This document shows positions 43,549-51,900 of a stretch of DNA of 64,000 nucleotides, in pieces. The notes under the pieces were generated by a model. The model saw nothing but the letters and a program-made list of their open reading frames with translations, made no database searches and was not told where the DNA came from. The stretch is from an uncultured Verrucomicrobiota bacterium (GTDB lineage Bacteria > Verrucomicrobiota > Verrucomicrobiia > Limisphaerales > CAYMCQ01), in contig CAYMCQ010000011.1 of the NCBI GenBank assembly GCA_964389025.1, forward strand, positions 1-64,000, in the 5' to 3' direction. Positions within the stretch are counted from its first letter, which is position 1, and each line of letters begins with the position of its first letter. The translations under genes and the position numbers were made by a program.

Positions 43549-44643
43549 TTACATTTCCTCGTCGTCAGGAGGGTGCGCCAGAAACCCTCGGAATTTTTTC
43601 TTGTCAATCGCCTTGTCGTAAGCTTCCTCGGCGGCGACACGCTTCATCTTGATGTGGTCCATGATGGCGTCGTCCAGCGGCTGATTGCCCAATCTCTTCC
43701 CGACCTGGATCATGCCGGGAATCTGGTGCGTCTTGCCTTCGCGAACAAGGTTTGCGATGGCCGTGGTGAAGACAAGAATTTCCAGCGCGGCAACACGGCC
43801 TTTCTTGTCTGTGCGGCGGAAAAGATTCTGCGCGACGATTCCTTTGAGTGCTTCGGAAAGCGTCGCGCGGATTTTGTTTTGCTGCTCGGCGGGAAAAACG
43901 TCAATGATGCGATCCACCGTCTTGGCCGCACTCGAAGTGTGCAGCGTTCCGAAAACAAGATGGCCGGTGCTGGCGGCAGTCAACGCGAGTTCAATCGTTT
44001 CCAAATCCCGCATTTCACCGATGAGGATGACGTCCGGGTCTTCACGCAACGCGCCGCGCAACGCCGCCGCGAAAGATTTTGTGTGAATGCCGACTTCGCG
44101 CTGGTTCACCAGGCAATTCTTGCTTTCATGCACGAACTCAATCGGGTCTTCGACGGTGATGATGTGGTCTTTGCGGTTCTTGTTGCAGTAATCCACCATC
44201 GCCGCGAGTGTCGTGGATTTGCCCGAGCCGGTCGGCCCGGTCACGACGATGAGTCCCTTGTGCAGCATCGAGAATTTTTTCAAGACGGCCGGTAAAGGCG
44301 CTTCAATCTTTTCAAAATCTTCAAACGAAAGCACCTTCGACGGAATCTGGCGGAACACGGCGGAGATGCCGTTCTTCTGCTGAAAATAATTTGCGCGGAA
44401 GCGGGAGATGTTTGGAATTTCGTAACCAAAATCCACGTCGCCGGTTTCTTCGAAGATTTTGATTTTATACTCCGGCGTGATCTCGTAGAGCATCGTTTTG
44501 AGCTCGTCGTTCTGCAGCGGCGCGTAGTCCACGCGGTGCAGTTCGCCGTTGATGCGAAGCATGGGAGAATTGCTGGAAGCCAGATGCAAGTCCGAAGCTT
44601 TTTGCTCGAACATCAAATTGAAAAAGGCATCTATTTTCGCCAT
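43549..44643 (-). CDS. pilT: type IV pilus twitching-motility ATPase PilT
   Basis: Walker A GPTGSGKSTTLAAM, IITVEDPIEF, ILIGEMRD, LVFGTLHTSSA, a canonical PilT of 364 aa. Confidence 0.9.
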   Translation of the reverse strand: MAKIDAFFNLMFEQKASDLHLASSNSPMLRINGELHRVDYAPLQNDELKTMLYEITPEYKIKIFEETGDVDFGYEIPNISRFRANYFQQKNGISAVFRQIPSKVLSFEDFEKIEAPLPAVLKKFSMLHKGLIVVTGPTGSGKSTTLAAMVDYCNKNRKDHIITVEDPIEFVHESKNCLVNQREVGIHTKSFAAALRGALREDPDVILIGEMRDLETIELALTAASTGHLVFGTLHTSSAAKTVDRIIDVFPAEQQNKIRATLSEALKGIVAQNLFRRTDKKGRVAALEILVFTTAIANLVREGKTHQIPGMIQVGKRLGNQPLDDAIMDHIKMKRVAAEEAYDKAIDKKKFRGFLAHPPDDEEM

Positions 44644-44698
44644 AGCAATTTTTTATGGTTGCGCGAGTATTAGCTAAATCCACACCAGACGCAAGCGA

Positions 44699-45805
44699 AT
44701 GAAAATACTGGCTGAAAAAATTTCTGCCGAAATTGAGGCCGAGAAAACAGTTTCTTTCGCGCGCTTCATGGAACTGGCGCTCTATTGTCCGAATAGTGGA
44801 TTTTATGAACAGGAAGCGGACAATATCGGCAGGCGCGGCGATTATTTCACTAGCGTCAGCGTAGGAAGCGTTTTTGGAGAACTGCTGGCGTTTCAATTCG
44901 CCGAATGGCTGGAAGCAGAAGCCAGAAGCCAGAAGTCAGAAGTCAGAATCGTCGAAGCTGGCGCGCACGACGGTAAACTCGCCCGCGACATTTTGAGCTG
45001 CCTGCGCGAATTTCGCCCGCGCGCTTTTGAAACAGTTCAATACTGCATTGTCGAACCGTCCGCGCGCCGACGCGATTGGCAGAGCAAGAACTTGCGTGAG
45101 TTCGAACAACGAATTCATTGGGCCTCATCGCTCGAGGAATTAAATAATGAAACCGGCGGCGTGCGCGGAGTGGTTTTCTCAAATGAATTTCTGGATGCGT
45201 TCCCCGTGCATCGTCTTGGATGGGACTCACAGAAGCGCGAGTGGTTTGAGTGGGGCGTTGCTGTTCACGAGGGGGAATTCATTTGGATGCGGATGCCCGG
45301 CAGTTTCGTTCCTGATTTTGGAATTGGCGATGACGAACTCGCCGGGCTGCTCGATGTCTTGCCGGATGGATTTGTGATCGAGGTTTGTCCGGCAGCGACG
45401 GATTGGTGGCGCGCCGCCGCAGGAATTTTGGTTTCTGGAAAGTTGCTCACGATTGATTACGGTCTGGCTGGAGAGGATTTTTTTTCACCTGAACGCCGCA
45501 ATGGAACGCTGCGCGCCTACCACAAACACCAGTTGAATCCCGACGTGCTGGTCAATGCGGGCGAACAGGACATCACCGCCCACGTCAACTTTGGCGTGGT
45601 TCAAAAAGCCGGCGAGGAATGCGGGTTGAAAACAGAAATGCTGGCCACCCAGGAAAAGTTTTTGAACGGCATCGTCGCGAAAGTTTCTGCCAGATCGGCG
45701 GAGTTTCCTGAATGGTCGCCGTCCCGAACCCGCCAGTTGCAAACTTTGGTTCATCCCGAACACCTCGGCTCCCGCTTTCGCGCGTTGGTTCAATCGCGCC
45801 GTTGA
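44699..45805 (+). CDS. class I SAM-dependent methyltransferase, MidA/NDUFAF7 (DUF185) family
   Basis: FxxFMELALYxPxxGFY and GDYFTSVSVGSVFGELLA near the N-terminus and ...VFSNEFLDAFPVH... fit the DUF185 family. Contains a heptamer tandem array. Confidence 0.68.
   Translation: MKILAEKISAEIEAEKTVSFARFMELALYCPNSGFYEQEADNIGRRGDYFTSVSVGSVFGELLAFQFAEWLEAEARSQKSEVRIVEAGAHDGKLARDILSCLREFRPRAFETVQYCIVEPSARRRDWQSKNLREFEQRIHWASSLEELNNETGGVRGVVFSNEFLDAFPVHRLGWDSQKREWFEWGVAVHEGEFIWMRMPGSFVPDFGIGDDELAGLLDVLPDGFVIEVCPAATDWWRAAAGILVSGKLLTIDYGLAGEDFFSPERRNGTLRAYHKHQLNPDVLVNAGEQDITAHVNFGVVQKAGEECGLKTEMLATQEKFLNGIVAKVSARSAEFPEWSPSRTRQLQTLVHPEHLGSRFRALVQSRR
44912..44950. repeat. heptanucleotide tandem array (CAGAAGC/CAGAAGT, about 5 copies) inside a CDS
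   Basis: ggaagcagaagccagaagccagaagtcagaagtcagaatc encodes EAEARSQKSEVRI. It is preceded by gaatggct, as at 15870. Confidence 0.9.
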
Positions 45806-46557
45806 GCAGCCGGCACTTGCAATTCGTAGTTTAAAACCGACAGGCAATAAATCGCCGCAGTCTCGCTGCGCAAAACCAGCGGGCCAAGCGTGATGGGCAG
45901 CGCGCCTTCGGATTTGATGAGCGACATTTCGGCGGGCGTGAAATCGCCTTCAGGGCCAACCCAAATGCAAATTGTTTTTGGAAGGCGGCCTTGTTCCGAA
46001 ACAAACGACTGAAAAACTTCGCGCGGCGAGCGGCGGTCGTCTTGCAGCGACGCGATGAGCGAAAGTTCGAACCGCTCCTTGCGCGCGAGAAATTCTTTTG
46101 GCGTCACCGGCGCTTCGATGATCGGCAGCCACGCCGAGCCGCATTGCTTGATGGATTCGATTGCGATTTGCCGCCATTTCCCGATCTTGCCCGCGCTGTT
46201 TTCCTCGTCGAGTTGCGTCACCACGCGCTCGGATAAAATCGGCACGATGCGATGCGCGCCAAGCTCGGTGGCTTTTTCCACGATGACTCCAAAAGTTTTT
46301 CCCTTCGGCACGGCTTGCAGGAGCGTGATTTGACAGGGCAGGGGAGCAATCGAATTAGCGATTGCCACGCGCAGGGCGACTTCACCCGGCGTGACGCTGG
46401 AAACTTCACAAAGAAATTCCCGGCCCGCGCCATCGAGCACGATGACCTGCTCACCTCGCCGCGCGCGAAGAACTTCGCTAGCGTGGTGCGCCTCGCGTCC
46501 GGCCAATACAAGCACTGGCCCATTGCATTTTTCCGGCGGCAAAAAAAATCGGCGCAT
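45790..46557 (-). CDS. rsmE: 16S rRNA (uracil1498-N3)-methyltransferase
   Basis: RsmE blocks: N-terminal PUA-like region, LLQAVPKG, IVEKATELG, IWVGPEGDFT, LGPLVLRSETAAIY. Confidence 0.85.
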   Translation of the reverse strand: MRRFFLPPEKCNGPVLVLAGREAHHASEVLRARRGEQVIVLDGAGREFLCEVSSVTPGEVALRVAIANSIAPLPCQITLLQAVPKGKTFGVIVEKATELGAHRIVPILSERVVTQLDEENSAGKIGKWRQIAIESIKQCGSAWLPIIEAPVTPKEFLARKERFELSLIASLQDDRRSPREVFQSFVSEQGRLPKTICIWVGPEGDFTPAEMSLIKSEGALPITLGPLVLRSETAAIYCLSVLNYELQVPAAQRRD

Positions 46558-46564
46558 AAATTTT

Positions 46565-46640
46565 CACGGACGCCCCTCACCCCGTCCCTCTCCCCATCGG
46601 ATGGGGAGAGGGTGGCGTCTCGCCGGGAGAGGGGATTTCC
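46565..46640. repeat. palindromic element family B copy (CCCTCACCCCGTCCCTCTCCCCATCGGATGGGGAGAGGGTGG...)
   Basis: Same element as 11568-11740, located between the rsmE start and the dnaJ stop. Confidence 0.8.
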
Positions 46641-47776
46641 TACTTGAACAAACTTTTTGCTTTGTCGAAAAAACTCTTGCTCATCGGATTCACGTTTTCA
46701 TCGCAGGACTCGGCGAATTCCTGAAGTTTCGCCCGCTGCTCCGCCGTCAATCGCGCAGGCACCTCCACGTTCACGCGCACGTGCAAATCGCCGACGCCGT
46801 AGCCCTGCACGTTCTTCATGCCTTTGCCTTTGAGCCGAAACATCGTGCCGGGCTGCGTTCCGGAAGGAATTTTCATCGTCGCGTTTCCGTTGAGCGTCGG
46901 CACTTCGATTTCCGCGCCGAGCGCGGCTTGAACGAAACTGACTGGCACTTCGCAAAGCAAATCATCCCCGTCGCGATGGAATATGGAGTGCGCTTTGACG
47001 TGAAGCACCACATACAAATCGCCGAACGAGCCGCCGCGAATGCCCGCCTCGCCGTTGCCGGCGGAACGGAGTCGCGCGCCGGTGTCCACGCCGGGCGGAA
47101 TTCGCAGCTTGATTTTGGAAGTCCGCTCACGCCTGCCTGCGCCGTGACAAACTTTGCACGGATGTTCGAGGGTTCGCCCCGCGCCTTCGCAGCGATTGCA
47201 CGTCTGCGCGATGCTGAAGATGCCGCGCGACGAGATGATCTGTCCGCGACCACCACAGGTCGGGCAAACACGCGTCTTGGAGCCGCTCTCAGCGCCGGAG
47301 CCGCCGCACGACTCGCACGAGTCCAGTTTCGAGACGGTAATTTCCTTTTCGCAACCGTGAGCCGCTTCCTCGAAACTCAGTTCCAAATCATAACGAAGGT
47401 CCGAGCCGCGCTGCGCTTGAGTCGGATCGTGGCGGCCACCGGAAAAAAGCTCGTCGAAAATGCTTCCTGCGCCGCCGCCGAAAACGTCGCGGAAAATCTC
47501 GAACGGATCATGAAATCCGCCGCCGGCCGAACTGCTGGCGCGCGCGCGCGGGTCGAACGCCGCGTGGCCGTAGCGGTCGTAGGCCGCGCGTTTTTGCGGA
47601 TCGCTCAACGCCTCGTAAGCTTCGCCAAGCTCCTTGAATTTTTCCTCGGCGGACTTGTCGCCTGGATTTTTGTCCGGGTGATATTTGAGGGCGAGCTTGC
47701 GGTAGGATTTTTTGATTTCCTCTGAATCTGCGCCACGCTCGACGCCGAGCACCTCGTAATAATCTCGTTTGGCCAT
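46640..47776 (-). CDS. dnaJ: molecular chaperone DnaJ
   Basis: J domain (DYYEVLGV...HPDKNPGD), a G/F region, four CxxCxGxG zinc-finger repeats and a C-terminal domain. Confidence 0.95.
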   Translation of the reverse strand: MAKRDYYEVLGVERGADSEEIKKSYRKLALKYHPDKNPGDKSAEEKFKELGEAYEALSDPQKRAAYDRYGHAAFDPRARASSSAGGGFHDPFEIFRDVFGGGAGSIFDELFSGGRHDPTQAQRGSDLRYDLELSFEEAAHGCEKEITVSKLDSCESCGGSGAESGSKTRVCPTCGGRGQIISSRGIFSIAQTCNRCEGAGRTLEHPCKVCHGAGRRERTSKIKLRIPPGVDTGARLRSAGNGEAGIRGGSFGDLYVVLHVKAHSIFHRDGDDLLCEVPVSFVQAALGAEIEVPTLNGNATMKIPSGTQPGTMFRLKGKGMKNVQGYGVGDLHVRVNVEVPARLTAEQRAKLQEFAESCDENVNPMSKSFFDKAKSLFK

Positions 47777-47858
47777 GAAGATGAAAATTAAAAATTAAAA
47801 AACTTTAAAAATTAAAAATGCAAAAGGCGCCGGCGTTGATGCCGCTCCAAAATACTTT

Positions 47859-48425
47859 TCATTTTTCATTTTGAATTTTCTTCGAGACGACCACGGTAGC
47901 GGGACGAATCAAACGGTCACGCAGCTTGTAGCCCTTGCGAAGTTGCTGGACGACCTGACCTTCTGGCGAGTCGTTGGTTTCCTGCTGGGAAACTGCTTCG
48001 TGCAAATTCGGGTCAAACGGCTTCCCGAGCGCGTCCACTTCTTCGAGGCCGGCGTCCACGAGCGCTTTTTTGAGTTGCTGATGAATCATCGTGATTCCGG
48101 CTTGGAGCGACTCGGGCGAATTGGCCTGGCTGCTTCGCGATGCGGTCAGGGCCATGTCAAAATTGTCCAGCACGGGAATCAATTCCTGTAACAGCGATTC
48201 ATTTGCGAATTTGATTCCTTCGAGCCGCTCGCGCGCCGCGCGTTTTTTGTAATTTTCCAGGTCGGCAACAGTGCGCACGTAGCGATCCCAGTTTTCGTCC
48301 GCTTTGTCGGCACGTTCCCGAATATCGTCAATTTGTCCGGCGGTCAATTGCGCCGGGATGACAGTTTCCTGCTCAACCGTGGGAACGGGCGATGGCTCGT
48401 TGATTTCTGTTTGCGAATCTTTCAT
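47859..48425 (-). CDS. grpE: nucleotide exchange factor GrpE
   Basis: GrpE core (RTVADLENYKKRAARE...LLPVLDNFDMAL...GYKLRDRLIRPATVVV). Start is at the internal ATG (MKDSQTEI). Confidence 0.85.
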   Translation of the reverse strand: MKDSQTEINEPSPVPTVEQETVIPAQLTAGQIDDIRERADKADENWDRYVRTVADLENYKKRAARERLEGIKFANESLLQELIPVLDNFDMALTASRSSQANSPESLQAGITMIHQQLKKALVDAGLEEVDALGKPFDPNLHEAVSQQETNDSPEGQVVQQLRKGYKLRDRLIRPATVVVSKKIQNEK

Positions 48426-48520
48426 GTGCGGTTTCGTAACGCGGTTAAAACTAAACGATTGTCCGGAACACGGCAACTGCCGACAAGCCGTCAGTAATTC
48501 ATTTCGGCAATTTTTCTGAA

Positions 48521-48760
48521 TCAAAACGTCTCGTGAGAGAAAGGAAGATTCCGACACAAGCTGCCAACGTCGCGACCAATGGCTTTAGCAATCGCGCAAA
48601 GCTTTTTAAATGAAGGATTGCGCTGCCCTCGTTCGACGCCGCCGATGTAACTTGGAGCAGTGTCCGATTCAAGCGCGAGGTCTTCCTGAGACAGCCCTTT
48701 GACTTTACGCGCATCCCGAATCCTTTGACCGAGGACTTGCAACGAGGTTGGCTTTTTCAA
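48521..48760 (-). CDS. XRE-family HTH transcriptional regulator (79 aa)
   Basis: LGQRIRDARKVKGLSQEDLALESDTAPSYIGGVERGQRNPSFKKLCAIAKAIG. Divergent from the giant gene. Paralog of 39344-39559. Confidence 0.72.
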   Translation of the reverse strand: MKKPTSLQVLGQRIRDARKVKGLSQEDLALESDTAPSYIGGVERGQRNPSFKKLCAIAKAIGRDVGSLCRNLPFSHETF

Positions 48761-48905
48761 CCATTGCAGCGTCAGTTAAGAAGCGATTTTCCGTCCAGTC
48801 ACTATAATGACGATTTTACTTGCAATTACTTGCAAAAGATTTACAACCCTTAGCTGTCGCACGCGGCTGTCTTCACGAGGCCATCGGTTTCAATCAGGAA
48901 AGGAA

Positions 48906-51900
48906 ATGACTATGAAAACCATCTTGTGGTTTTTTCTTGGAGTGGGCTTGATTCTCACTGTTCAGGCGCAACTCTCGACTAACTCTCCCACGTCCGGCGG
49001 CACGTCGGTTTCTTCGGGAAAACTTGGCAGCAATGTTCCGCCCGGAACGGTGATAACACTTCCGCTCGCTACGCCGGTGTTTGAGAGTAAATCTGAGCAA
49101 ATGGCTGCCGAAGACATTCCCCAAACCAACAACGCTGCGATTGCGGGCAAGGACTTTTGGGCCGTCGAACAAAAGATCGAACCCATGGCTGGCGGCGCGA
49201 AAGCGGACTTCGGCTTGCTCAAGGCTAATTTCGCGGCAAATGCAAATAGCGAGCGTGTTCTTGTCGTCACGACTCCCGATGGACGGAAGTTAAGCGCGAA
49301 GGCCTGCTACCTGGCGTGGTATGACACGGCCACGGGCAACAGCCTTTTGCTCGGCGAAATCCAGGATCGCATTGGAATCATCCGGTTGCCGAACGAAGTC
49401 ATATTCACGAATGCATTTGATGGTATCAGCGCGGATTTACGTTACCGCTACACAGGCTTTTCACTTGAACAGGACATTGTGCTTCATGCGAACGCGGAAC
49501 TGCCGAAGGGCTGGAACGAGGAAACGACGCGCTTGGAAGTTTGGACAGAATGGTTTGATACCGAAGAGCCGGTAAAGGAAACGCAAATCATCAACCTGCG
49601 GGCAAACCTTTTCGATGCTCCGCCGGCTGACGTAAACGACGACACGTTGACCTTCGGGTCCGCCAAAATTATTTTGGGGAAAGCATTCGCGTCGGACAAC
49701 GAGCAAGACACTGCCCTATCCTCGAAAGCGTGGACGGAAATTGAAAAGCGCACGTTCTTGATTGAAACCCTTGACTATCGCGCCATCAAAACCATGCTGG
49801 AGACTCTGCCGAAGGCCGAGGCTGCTGCGGGTCCGTTCAATTTGAAGCGAGCCGACTTGCGAAAAGAATTGCCCGAGCGCCGGGCGGCCAGAGAAGAAAA
49901 TCGCTCAATGGAAGTTGCAGTGACGGACTTGTCGGGTGAGCCAGCGGTGGTTTTGGATTTCGTCATCGTCAGTTCCGTGCCTGTGCCTGCGAACATCATC
50001 AGTTGGTGGCCTGCGGGCGGAAACGCCACCGACGCGATCATCGCGAACGGCAACAACGGAACCTGGTTGGGGACTGCCGCCTACGGCGCGGGCAAAGTCG
50101 GCCAGGGCTTTTCGCTTGGTGGAGTGAGCAACGCTGTGACCGTTCCAAACACTGCGTCATTAAACTTTGGTGTTGCCCAGGATTTCAGCATGGAAACGTG
50201 GATCAAACCCCTCACCAACACCAACCCTTACGGCATCATGAGCATCATCGGGAAGCGTTACTACGCCGGCATTGGCTACGAATTGTTCCTGATTGACGGT
50301 CAGTTGGGATTTCAAATTGGCGATCCGGTCAACGGCTATCTGAACGTGGGCGTAACTGGCGACCTGCGGGCGGACGGCCAATACCATCACATCGCCGTCA
50401 CGGTGGACCGGGACGATCCCGACGGTGGAAAATTATACGTGGACGGCGTGGCGAACTTCTTCGATCCGACCGCCATATCCGACGACCTCTCCAATGCAGA
50501 GCCCTTTCGCATCGGCGTCCACCCGGACAGCTACTTCGGCTACTTCAAAGGCAACATAGATGAACCCGCCGTCTACGCGCGGGCATTGGGTGAATCGGAA
50601 ATCCAGGGCATCTACAACGCGGGTGCTGCCGGAAAGATCAACCCCAACTGCGTCGTCGCGCCCACAAACATCGTCGCGTGGTGGCCGGGCGATGGAAACA
50701 CCAACGATTTTGCCGGGACCAACAATGCCACCCTGAGCGGTGCCACTTACGAATCCGCCGTGGCGAGCCAGGGTTTTTCCTTTGACGGCATCAATGACGG
50801 CGTGACCGCCGCGAACGACAACGCGCTAAACCTTGCCACCACCAACGAGCACGTCACCATCGAGGCCTGGGTCAAACCGCTGGCGAACACGAACACCTAC
50901 GGCGTGATGAGCGTCGTCGGGAAGCGACACTCGCCCAATTCATCCACCGCCTACGGCTATGAATTGTTTCTGGTGAACGGCGTGCCGGGATTCCAGATCG
51001 CGAACGGGACCAGCTACGCCAACTTTATTGCCACGGGAGATTTGCGCGACGGCGGCTTCCACCACCTGGTCGTGACGATGAATCGCAGTGCCACGAATGG
51101 CGGACACATCTACGTGGACGGGGTTTCAAAACTCACCTTCAACCCCACGGTTTTGACCGCCTCATTGAGCAACTCCGCCCCCGTGCGCATCGGGGTGCAT
51201 CCTCAAAGTGGATTCAATGGCTGGTATAAAGGTGTGATAGACGAGGTCACCCTCTATCGCCGCGCCTTGACCAACACCGAAGTCACCGCGCTCTATTCCG
51301 CCGGTTGCGCGGGCAAATGCAAACACGATCTCGACTACGACGGCCTGCCTGACTGGTGGGAAATAAAATATTTTGGGAATTTGGATCAAACCGCCGAAGG
51401 CGATTACGACCAAGACGGCGACAGTAATTTGGCGGAGTATCAAAACGCCACTGACCCGAACACGATCAATTTCACCACGACGTTTTATCCGGGGGACCAC
51501 GTCAACGCAAACAGTGCGACAGGCAGGATTGAAGTGCTTCGCGGCGTGGCGTCTCAAATAGCGGTGCTGGTCAACAGCACGAACTACGCTTCCGCAACGT
51601 GGACAAATTTCAGCAACACGAATGTGATCGCTGGCCTCGGAACAACCGACGGTCAGCAGGATATTTGGATTGGGCTGCGCGGTCGCTCGGAAGATTCGGA
51701 GCAGACTTGGGAATGGAATCCAATTATTCGCGACACGACCGCGCCAACCATCGTCATCACCAATCCCATTGCCAGCACGACATCGCGCCCGATGATTCAG
51801 TTGCAAGGTTACAGTCCCGAAGCGTTGTCAGCCATTTACTTCGACGTGACCAACTCCGCCGGACTCATCACGAACCAACAAGGCTTTGTCAGCGCGCAGT

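Noticed and set aside
46391-47725. 444-aa plus-strand ORF
   Set aside because: Antisense to dnaJ. Shadow ORF.
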